DNA of 64,000 nt from Eledone cirrhosa. Taxonomy: Eukaryota. The notes beneath the pieces are model-generated. The model saw nothing but the letters and a program-made list of their open reading frames with translations. It was not told the DNA's origin and did no database searches. Numbering within the stretch: the first letter of the stretch is position 1; every line of letters begins with the position of its first letter. The translations under genes and the position numbers were made by a program. The stretch is taken from NCBI GenBank assembly GCA_964016885.1, contig OZ024740.1:248001-312000 (forward strand). The letters run 5' to 3'. This document shows positions 42,562 through 52,595 of this stretch, piece by piece.

Positions 42562-43014
42562 TTAAGTATAGCTTAATTAAAGCTATAGCATCAAACTGAT
42601 TCTGTGTGAGTGTACAAGTGCTTGAGGAATACTCAGCCACTTACAAAATAGTACAATGAGTATGTAGTCCAATTGACTAAACACCTACGACACATGTTAG
42701 TCAACAATATGAAGAGAATCAACCATCAAATCTAACCTGAAATAATTCACACAAGATTAAGTTCCATTTTTATATTTCTTCCTTCATGAAGGTGTTCTGC
42801 TCCAGATATTATTCACAAAGTTATATCACAGTATAACACACATACATATCAGTGTTATACTGTGTGAGTGTGTGTGTATATAAATATATATATACACACA
42901 CATATAAATATACATATCATCACCGTTTTACATCCACACACACGTGTGTGAGCCCCGGGTTCAATAAGGGGCTAGCACAGTAAGGTACTCAATACATCAG
43001 CAGAGTGTAATATG

Positions 43015-43118
43015 TTTAATATAGAAATAGCTTCTACAGGACGAGAGCTGTTTCATTTCCTGATGGTTTCTTTTGAATGAAACAGTTCTTGTTCTGTAGA
43101 AGTCATTTCTATATTAAA
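43015..43118 (+). other. Long hairpin: 44-bp arms, 16-nt loop
   Basis: 43015-43058 pairs with 43075-43118. There are 6 non-Watson-Crick positions, 5 of which are G-U on the + strand. Confidence 0.85.
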
Positions 43119-43140
43119 GATAATATATATATATATATAT

Positions 43141-45136
43141 CATCATCATCATCATCGTTTAACGTCCATATTCCACGCTTGCATGGGTTTGGACGGGAGT
43201 TTTCCACTTGAGGCAAGAGTGGTTGTCTTGCTCGCATAGGACTGCCTGGCGGGTTTTCTACGTCTGGATGCCCTTCCTAACACCAACCACATTTACAGTT
43301 AGTAGTAACTGGGAGGTTTTTACCGTGTTACCTACACGGCCACATTACAGCGTGGACTGTGTGTTGTTTTGTCGTGACACCTACACGACCTCATTTGTTT
43401 CGGGCTGGATGTTGTGGTACCAACATAACTTTACATTGAAAGGGGTGGTGTGAATGGGGTGGGGGTAATGGTGACGGGGGGTGGTGTGAATGGGGTGGGG
43501 GTAATGGTGACGGGGGGTGTATTTTGTTAGAGGTGCCTACTGACTGTAGTAGGTTTCACTTTGTACTTAGGTAAGGCGGGTCTTCTCTATTACTGTGTAG
43601 CGCCAAAGCTCTCGGTCCAGTGACATTGTCTTGGAGAGGTGGAAGTGTGTGAGGTCGGAATTTATCAAGTCGTCCCAGGTTTTTCTGGGTCTGCCTACTC
43701 CGTGGCTACCGTCTATTTTTATTGACCTGCACTTTTTTATACAGCTGTCGTCTTTCATGCGCATCACGTGACCATACCAACATAGCCTTCTCTCGAGTAA
43801 ACAACATCTGATCCCTCTTATTTCTAATTTTTCCCTTAGTTCGTTAATGCTTTACCGTTCACGTATGTTACTATTACACATCCAGCGGAGCATGCAAGCT
43901 TCATTCCTCTCCAGTTTGCGTATTTCCTCTGCACACAATGCCCAGGTCTCACTGCCATGCAACATTGCTGTTCGATTGCAGGCATCATACAGCCTGCCTT
44001 TCATTTTTAGGGAGAACCCTTTAGCGGCTAATAGTGGTATAAGCTCTCTGAACTTTTTCCATCCAGTTCTGACTCTAGCTACTGTACTTTCAGAGCACCC
44101 TCCCCCACTGCTGATATTGTCACCCAGGTAACGGAAGCTGTCCACTATTTCTATAGAACCATATGTGCAATTGAAAGAGCTAGTATTTTGTGGGCACTTG
44201 CTGCTACTTATTGCACCAGAGCACCGGCCACATATAAAGTCTATATTCTTAGTTAACTTACCGGTGATCCCACTACATCTTTTATGCACCCATACTTTGC
44301 ATTTGGGACATAAAATGGAGTTTCTACCTACTCCTTTCCTACACACTGAGCATGGCCATTTCCTGGATGGGACCGGCGCCCTATTTTCCTTCCTACAAAC
44401 TAGAACTTTAGTCTTAGCCAGGTTAATTTTAAGGCCTTTTGATTCTAGGCCATGCTTCCATGTTTGGAATTTCTTCTCTAGTTCAGCCATTGATTCAGCT
44501 ATGAGCGTTAGATCATCTGCGTATAGGAGTTCCCACGGGCAGTCGGTCTTGAACTCCACTCTTATAGCCTGAAGGGCGATAATAAATAGTAGGGGGCTAA
44601 GAACGGAGCCCTGATGAACACCAACTTTTACGCTAAACTCTTCACTATATTCGTTGTTAATTCTAACCTTGCTGACTGTTTCTTTATACATGGCTTGTAT
44701 AGCTCTCACAAGCCATTCATCAACACAGTTTTCTAAGAGCCCACCAGATAATGGAACGGGGGACTCTGTTGAAGGCTTTCTCCAAGTCGACAAAAGCTAA
44801 GTATAGGGGTTTACTTTTAGCTAGGTACTTCTCCTGTAGTTGTCGTACAATGAAAAGAGCGTCTGTGGCACTTTTGCCTGACACAAACCCGAACTGCATT
44901 TCATCTAGATCAATTCTCTCTCTGATTAGTTGCGCTATTACTTTTTCTGTGACCATGACCTGGTCGATTAATTTAATGCCTCTATAGTTACTCCTATCTA
45001 GGGCATCTCCTTTACCCTTGTAGCAGTTAATGATGATGCTGCTACGCCAGTCCTTCGAAACAACCCCATTCTGTATGACTTGGTTTACTATCCGGGTGAC
45101 CATGGTGTGTCCCACCATTCCAGAAGCTTTCAGCAT
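43141..45136 (-). mobile_element. 5'-truncated RTE-clade LINE (family 1), decayed RT + PHD + 3' UTR + (GAT)n tail
   Basis: ORF pieces 44720-45136, 43852-44793 (LYADD) and 43567-43767 closely match the full copy. Frameshift near 44725, premature TAA at 43852, tail abuts (TA)n. Confidence 0.95.
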
Positions 45137-45495
45137 GACTGTGACCTCTGGAGTCACGCAGTAATAAAGAGTACCCGACCTCCCATGGGTACAAGCTGAA
45201 GCATATAGACAATATGCCCCCACATCCCCCACTGCAAGGTGGTCGTGGAGGTGCGACGGCAAAAAAGCATCCAGCCCAGTGTAAAGTGGACGTGTAGGTG
45301 CCACGAAAAAGCACCCAGCACTCACTGTAAATGAGGTTGGTGCTAGGAAGGGCATCCAGCTGTAGAAATCAAGCCAAAATCAGTTCCTGTATGAGCAAGG
45401 CATGGTCAGCCGACCAGACACTGCTCACAACAGAACAACCCGTCTAACCCATGCTAGCGTGGAAGAACGGTGATGATGATGATGATAATGATGAT
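45137..45495 (+). mobile_element. 3' fragment of a second RTE family (ORF end + 3' UTR + (GAT)n tail)
   Basis: Translates DCDLWSHAVIKSTRPPMGTS*, resembling DRDLWRYSVIEKTRL of family 1; UTR contains AGGAAGGGCATCCAGCTGTAGAAA and a terminal CCATGCTAGCGTGG stem-loop. Confidence 0.8.
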
Positions 45496-45868
45496 TGGTA
45501 CTATATATATTGGTACTATATATATATATATTGGTACTATATATATAGGTACTATATATATTGGTACTATATATATATATTGGTACTATATATATTGGTA
45601 CTATATATATTGGTACTATATATATAGGTACTATATATATTGGTACTATATATATTGGTACTATATATATATATATTGGTACTATATATATTGGTACTAT
45701 ATATATATATATTGGTACTATATATATTGGTACTATATATATATATATTGGTACTATATATATATATATTGGTACTATATATATAGGTACTATATATATT
45801 GGTACTATATATATTGGTACTATATATATATATATATTGGTACTATATATATTGTTACTATATATATA
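45494..45868. repeat. TTGGTAC(TA)n minisatellite; resumes at 47108-47240, 51174-51207 and 51470-51540
   Basis: The same unit reappears on the far side of each inserted element. Confidence 0.95.
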
Positions 45869-47107
45869 CAGGGTGTGGACGATATTTGTTCGCAAGATTA
45901 CTGTCTAGGAAAAAATAACACTAGTTTTATTTTTTAAGATATATTTATCAAACTTGGGTCAGTTTGTCTTCATGACTTGTTCTTTCGATCTCACTCGATA
46001 AACCCGCGTTTGGCTTTGATGACGGCCCTGGAACTGGCTACAGGCCTTCATCGCTGTCCCCCGACTTAGGCCCCTTAAGGCACTTGTGATCCTGGCCTTC
46101 AGATCGTCTTTCGTTTTGCAGCTAGATCTGTTGGTGTCTCGTTCCACTGCGCTCCACACAAAGAAGTCGAGAGGGGAGGCCAGATGTGAGGTGAAGTGTG
46201 GTCGACGAAGTTCTCTGACAGCCAGGCTTGGGTCTTTCGGCTGGTATTGTAGGGCGCTGAGTCTTGCTGCCACACATACGGCCTACCTGCAGCTACCTGG
46301 TCGATCCAGGACTTTACTACCTCGCTCGGAACGCGGATGTAGCCATAGGTGTTCAGCTTGAGGCCCTCAGGGAAGAAGTGAGGTGGCATGACGTCACTGG
46401 AAACTTTGTCTGCATGACTCTGGTCACGTTTTTTGGATGAGACAGCGAGCCACCTGTTGTTCTGGGAGTTGATCTTCTGGTCTTGGCAGAAGTTTTTCTC
46501 GTCGGAGAAAAACCACAGCATGTCTGGCTCCAGTGGGTGTTTCAACTTGTTGATCAGCTTCTATGCGTGCTTCAGTCGCTTTTCTTGCATCGCCTTTGAC
46601 AGAAATTGTCCTTTCCTCATCTTCTATGAAACGTAGCGAATGTCTTCATGTACCACCAGCCTAATGAGCTTTTCATCCACGCCTTTCTCCCTTACAATGG
46701 CACGCATCGACTTGCTAGGTTCATTGTTGATGATATCCTGAACTTCAGCGACGAATTCGGGCGTTCCGAAGGTGTCAGATTGTCGATCATGTGTTTTCCT
46801 CTCTGATGTTGCTTCGTAGTCGAATCCTGAATCTTCCAATTCCTTTCTGACCTTTTCCACCATTCTCCTGCTGACACTGAGAAAGTCTGAAATTTCCTTA
46901 TTTGTCCTCCCGGCGCGGATTCCAAGAAGAACAATGTGTCTCTTCCACAAATTTGGAGGTTCAAAATTATTCATAATCAATTATTCTGAAAATAAATAAT
47001 GGAAACATAGTCACTGTTTTTATGAAGACAAGAGTGACAATGGAAGTAAAAAAAATTTGCATAAAATTAGCAGTTGAAAATTGCAAACAAATATCGTCCA
47101 CACCGTG
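45869..47107 (-). mobile_element. Tc1/mariner DNA transposon, DD37D (maT)-like, copy 1
   Basis: 27-bp TIRs CAGGGTGTGGACGATATTTGTTYGCAA (2 mismatches), TA duplication at both ends, transposase remnants inside. Confidence 0.93.
45991..46974 (-). pseudogene. Transposase pseudogene
   Basis: Fragments MNNFEPPNLWKRH..., WFFSDEKNF, VWQQDSAP, HIWPP, LDFFVW split by a stop at 46624 and frameshifts. Confidence 0.9.
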
Positions 47108-47240
47108 TATATTGGTACTATATATATATAGATTGTACTATATATATTGGTACTATATATATATAGATTGTACTATATATATTGGTACTATATATATATA
47201 TCCGTACTATATATATATTGGTACTATATATATTGGTACT

Positions 47241-50200
47241 CATCATCATCATCATCATCAACATTTAACATCCGTGTTCCACGCTTGCATGGGTTTGGAC
47301 GGGGGTAGTCCCACTTGAGGCAAGAGTGATTTTCTTGCTCGCATAGGACTGTCTGGCAGGTTTTCTACAGTTGGATGCCCTTCCTAACACCAACCACATT
47401 TACAGTGTGGGTCTGGGAGGTTTTTACCGTGTTGCCTACACGGCCACATTACAGCGTGGACTGTGTGTTTTTTTGTCGTGACACCTACACGATCTCATTT
47501 GTTTCGGCCTGGATGGCGCGGCACCAACATAACTTTACATAGAACGGGGTGGTGTGGATGGGGTGGGGGTTGTGGTGGTGGGATGGGGTGTATTTTGTTA
47601 GAGATGCCTACTGGCAAGGCGGGTCTTCTCTATTACTGAGTACCGCCAAAGGTCTCGGTCCAGTGACATTGTCTTGGTGAGGTGTAAGTGTGTGAGGTCG
47701 GTGTTTATCAGCTCGTCCCAGGTTTTTCTGGGTCTGCCTATTCCGTGGCTACCGTCTATCTTTATTGCCCTGCACTTTGTTATACAGCTATCATCCTTCA
47801 TGCGCATCACGTGACCATACCAACGTAGCTTTCTCTCTAGTAAACAACATCTGATCCCTCTTATTTCTAATTTTTTCCTTAGTTCGCTTTGTCGTTAACG
47901 TATATTACTATTACACATCCAGCGGAGCATGCAAGCTTCGTTTCTCTCTAGTCTGCGTATATCCTCTGCACACAATGCCCAGGTCTCACTGCCATGCAAC
48001 ATTGCTGTTCGTATGCAGGCATCGTACAGCCTGCCTTTCATTTTTAGGGAGAACCCTTTAGCGGCTAATAGTGGTATAAGCTCTCTGAACTTTTTCCACC
48101 CAGTTCTGACTCTAGCTACTGTACTTTCAGAGCACCCTCCCCCACTGCTGATTTTGTCACCCAGGTAACGGAAGCTATCCACTATTTCTATAGAACCCTC
48201 TACGCAGTTGAAAGAGCTAGTATTTTGTGGGCACTTGCTGCTACTTATATCCCCAGAACACCGGCCACATGTAAAATCTATGTTCTTAGTTAGCTTACCT
48301 GTGATCCCACTACATCTTTTATGCACCCAAACTTTGCATTTGGGACACAAAATGGAATTTCTACCTACGCCTTTCCTACACTCTGCGCATGGCCACTTCC
48401 CGGAGGGGACCGCCGCCTTATTTTCTTTCTTACAAACTAGAACTTTAGTCTTAGCTAGGTTAATTTTAAGGCCTTTTGATTCTAGGCCGTGCTTCCATGT
48501 TTGGAATTTCTTCTCTAGATCGGCCATTGATTCAGCTATGAGCGTTAGATCATCTGCGTATAGGAGTTCCCATGGGCAGCCGGTCTTGAACTCCACTGTT
48601 ATAGCCTGGAGGGCAATAATAAATAGTAGGGGGCTAAGAACAGAGCCCTGATGAACACCAACTTTTACACTAAACTCTTCACTATATTCGTTGTTAATTC
48701 TAACCTTGCTAACTGTTTCTTTATACATGGCTTGTATAGCTCTCACAAGCCATTCATCAACACCTAGTTTTCTAAGAGCCCACCTGATAATGGAACGGGG
48801 GACTCTGTCGAAGGCCTTCTCCAAGTCGACGAAAGCTAAGTATAGGGGTTTACTTTTAGCTAGGTACTTCTCCTGTAGTTGTCGTACAATGAAAAGAGCG
48901 TCTGTGGTACTTTTTCCTGACACAAACCCGAACTGCATTTCATCTAGATCAATTCGCTCTCTGATTAGTTGCGCTATTACTTTTTCCGTGACCTTCATGA
49001 CCTGGTCGATTAATTTAATGCCTCTATAGTTACTCCTATCTAGGGCATCTCCTTTACCCTTGTAACAGTTAATGATGATACTGCTATGCCAGTCCTTCGG
49101 AACAACCCCATTCTGTATGACTTGGTTTACTATCCGGGAGACCATGGTGTGTCCCACCGTACCAGATGCCTTCAGCATCTCGGCAACTATTTCCGAAGGC
49201 CCAGCCGCCTTGCCTGTCTTCATATCTTTGATTGCCTTACTTATTATACTACCCTCGACTAACACTGCTGGTCCCTCTATTGGGTCGATGTGGGGGAGAC
49301 TGTCTTTCTCCCATTTATTCTCCTCATTTAGTAGCCTTTCATAGTGACACTTCCAAGCTACCTTCTTATCGGCGTCGGTGATGGCAAGTATGCCGTCATC
49401 GTTAAGTACACACTTCTCCCCGACAATATCACTGTTTTCCTTGACACATTGCCTAGCAATCCTGAACACCACACGTTTTTGGTCATCGCGTTGTAGAACA
49501 TGCTTGAACTTTCTTTCCTCTTCTTCCCTTCTTGCGAAGTACACTTGTCTCCTAGCTTCCCTCCTGGCCACTTGATAGTCTTCTCTGCTTCCCCCATCCC
49601 GCCATACTTTCCAAGCCTGCTTTTTGGCCTTAATTGACCCCTCCACCTTACTGTTCCACCACCATGTTACTCTCCTCCTGCCTACAGGCCTGCTCCAGCC
49701 ACAGACTTCGTCTGCCGCCGTCAGCAGGTTTGCTTTCAGGAATTCCCACTGTTCCTCTACCTTGTACGTCTCTAATTGCTCTTCCTCACTGTCGAAAGCA
49801 TCAAGTAATATGCTTTGGAATTTATTTTTGGCTGTGGGGTCCTTTAGCTTCCATATTTTTCTCCTGAGGATAGTCCTCTTCTGTTGTCTAGTACGTCTCG
49901 TCCTGACTATTAGGTCGCTAATTATCAGTCTATGTTGTGAAGTGCATTCTTCATGGGGGAGGGATTTAGTGTTTACGACAGTCACTTTGTCACGTCTTCT
50001 GGTAAGGATATAATCTACCTGGCTAGTATGTTCCCCTGATCTGTAGGTGATCAAGTGATTGTCTCGTTTTTTGAAGTTAGTGTTGCAGATAGTTAGGTTA
50101 TTTGCGTCGCAGAATTCCAGGATTCTCGAGCCTTCCTCATTTCTAGTACCAAACCCATAGCCTCCATGGATTTCGTCGTAGCCGTCACAATGTTGTCCAA

Positions 50201-51173
50201 CGTGACCGTTTAGGTCGCCTGCAATAATTATATAGTCACTGTCGGTTATTTGGGAGGTAGTGAGCATCAGTGTCTCATAGAATCTGTCTTTTATGGTGCC
50301 GGGTAGTCCGGATTGGGGTGCGTACGCGGATATTACTGTCACCGTAGTTCTATTGAGGACAAGTCTTATTTTAATTATTCTGTCGTTCACTCTATTTACG
50401 TCTATTATCTTATCTGCCCACTTTTCTGCTACCATGATTCCTACTCCACCCAGCCCATTGTCGTTTCCCACCCAGAAAAGCTTATAGCATCGTTTTCTAC
50501 CCACAATGTATCTAGCAGATCCACCCCTCCACCTGGACTCTTGAATACAACAAACATCGACCTCCTTACGTTCAAGCATTTCTACAACCTCGTTAGAGCG
50601 ACCCTTTAAGGTGCCTACATTCAAGGTACCAAATCTGAAGTTTTGGATTGCGTTTGGGGGGTTGGAAAGGTGGGGAACGGGGGGAGATGGGGTTATGTTA
50701 GCCATCCGCGGCCGAAACAAAGAGGCATGCTCGCATTTTCGTCCTCGAGGTGTGATTGTCTTTAACTTTGGCATTGTCGCTGAGCGTCCAGATTTTTCTC
50801 TCTTCAACTCTCCGGAACTCCGTAGTCCTTCCATCCTACATATCGAAGGCGACCAGGTAAACGATAGTATAGGCCTCTGGCTTATGATTGGTCCACGTAA
50901 TAATAATGGTGGTGTGTGGGGGCGGGAGGGAGGGGTGTTGAGTTGTGAGCGAGAAGATAGGTTTTAAGTGAGAACCCCGTATTAACGAACAAAAATACAA
51001 GGTTTGTTTAGTAAATATACGACAAAAACTCCGTATTTTTACAATCAAGACAGAAATACAAGAGATTTGTTTTGGAAAATACATGGGGAATGGAAAGAGG
51101 ATAGAAAAAGATGCTGTTTGAAGGGCTGACTACGGAGTTAGGCGTATGTTAGAAGAGGTGGAAAAATGAGTAC
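47241..51173 (-). mobile_element. Near full-length RTE-clade LINE (family 1), 3.9 kb
   Basis: About 340-nt 5' UTR starting near an Inr-like TCATTT, one long ORF, structured 3' UTR, (GAT)n tail. Candidate TSD ATTGGTACT at 47232-47240 and 51174-51182 (ambiguous inside a minisatellite). Confidence 0.95.
47598..50834 (-). pseudogene. RTE ORF: AP endonuclease + reverse transcriptase + PHD finger; one in-frame TAA at 47895-47897
   Basis: APE motifs GTLNV, IQE, AYAPQ, GDLNGH, VDY, SQH. RT motifs NYRGI, QFGF, FVDLEKAFD, GVHQGSVLSP, YADD, FRYLG. The C-terminal WYGHVMR..GRPRKTW continues in the same frame after the stop. Confidence 0.95.
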
Positions 51174-51305
51174 ATTGGTACTATATATATATATATTGGT
51201 ACTATATTATTTGTGGTATATAAATGTTGAGATTTGTTGTAATAAATCACTGCTAATACTGGAATTGAACTATCAAGACAGTTGAGATATGTCATACATC
51301 AATTC

Positions 51306-51372
51306 ATGTATTTTAACTGATGAGGATGTACTGAAAAAACAGCACAGTACCTTCGAAATATAATAAAACATA
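51306..51372 (+). ncRNA. Minimal type I hammerhead ribozyme-like motif (decayed)
   Basis: TTTTA-A-CTGATGA-GGATGTACTG[loop]CAGTACCTTC-GAAA-TA-TA-A-TAAAA. Core is intact, stem II has 9 of 10 pairs, stem III is palindromic and vestigial, and the first pair of stem I is an A-A mismatch. Confidence 0.6.
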
Positions 51373-51482
51373 TATTTTGATTATGTGAATGTCTTCATTT
51401 ATTATTATTCTGATTTTAATCTATTGTAAAACTATATTCATTGAGTAATCAATGAACCATATTAATATTTGGTTATATTGGT

Positions 51483-51516
<34 letters not shown>

Positions 51517-51675
51517 TACTATATATATATGTTGGTACTAAAGTTTCCTTGGGTTGTTTTACCCAACTCAAACCGCATTTTTTTTTTTTTGTATGTCATG
51601 CTGAATCCAAGGAAATTTTAGTACCTGGATATGTCACTGTTGTAACTGATTATATATATATATGTATGGAGGCAC

Positions 51676-51966
51676 ATGGCTAGAGACAAAAATATAGTGT
51701 ACATAGGTGAGACAGCTCGTAGTGTAGGGGAACGGATAAATGAACACTGGCGAGACCTTCAAGATAATAAAGAATCATCTGTACTCTACCAACATGCTAA
51801 GATAGAACACAAGGGTAAATTAGAGAACATAGAAATAAAAATAGAATCTACACACAGAAAAGACGCAATGTTTAGACAAATTACAGAGGCAATAAACATA
51901 AAAGAATTACAACCAAAATTAAATAGAAAATATGAGTGGAACAGCAACATCACAACTTACAATTAA
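51676..51966 (+). pseudogene. GIY-YIG endonuclease fragment
   Basis: VYIGETARSVGERINEH...SVLYQH...RQITEAINIKELQPKLN matches the YIGET/R..EH/E..I/P.LN pattern. The first GIY strand and the RT are missing. Confidence 0.88.
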
Positions 51967-52393
51967 GGACAAAATGAAAAAAAACACACACACATAGAAC
52001 AAACAACCAACCAGTAACATGTAAATAAACAAATAAATAAATGAACATAAACACACACAGACACCCGGATGTGGCGCATGCGCAGACTGAGCACACAACA
52101 CACACACAGAAACAAAATGGCGTAGGACAGAAAAAAAGAAAGGAATCCCCAGTCACTGAAGAGGTCACAGAGTGTGTGACGAAAGAACTATGACTATATA
52201 TAAACAACTATCTGGTTGTGGAACCAACCAACCAACCAGAAATTTATAAATTTATAAATATATAATAAATTGAAGTGACAGCAACTGGTGCGCGTGTTTC
52301 TTATTGGCAACATGACCCTCCCAAAGTATAACAATATCGGTTTCAACACACGATTTCAGATAAAGAATCTTGCTAAACAAATTCAGAAACGAA
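51682..52393 (+). mobile_element. Penelope-like element 3' fragment (GIY-YIG endonuclease end + pseudo-LTR region)
   Basis: GIY-YIG remnant followed by a hammerhead and a short open frame from the ATG at 52312, consistent with a PLE 3' end running into the next tandem unit. Confidence 0.85.
52151..52195 (+). ncRNA. Minimal type I hammerhead ribozyme
   Basis: AGTCA-CTGAAGA-G-GTCACA[GAGTG]TGTGAC-GAAA-GAAC-TA-TGACT: stem I AGTCA/TGACT, stem II 6 bp, 2-bp stem III, predicted cleavage after CUA (52190). Confidence 0.85.
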
Positions 52394-52424
<31 letters not shown>

Positions 52425-52595
52425 GTTACAACAGTGACATATACAGGTACTTAAATTTTGTTGGGTTTGACACACCAACTCATTCAGCATTTTATATAAA
52501 GAAAAAGGACCACTACCACAGTTGAATGCAATTTCTTTTGCAAAAAATATATGAGACCTCCTACAAGGACAGGTAATTTCGGAAAAATATATATA

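Noticed and set aside
42827-42864. Perfect 13-bp hairpin CACAGTATAACAC/GTGTTATACTGTG
   Set aside because: Real, but lies in CA/TG/TA microsatellite context where such palindromes arise easily; no further support.
45425-45937. ORFs with IVPIY/IGTIY repeats
   Set aside because: Translation of the TTGGTAC(TA)n minisatellite.
47929-50967. Plus-strand ORFs of 64-147 aa
   Set aside because: Antisense shadows of the RTE ORF.
50835-51173. HDV-like ribozyme at the RTE 5' end (known in some RTEs)
   Set aside because: No nested double pseudoknot found by eye; the 5' end is pyrimidine-rich with an Inr-like motif. A descriptor search would be needed to exclude it.
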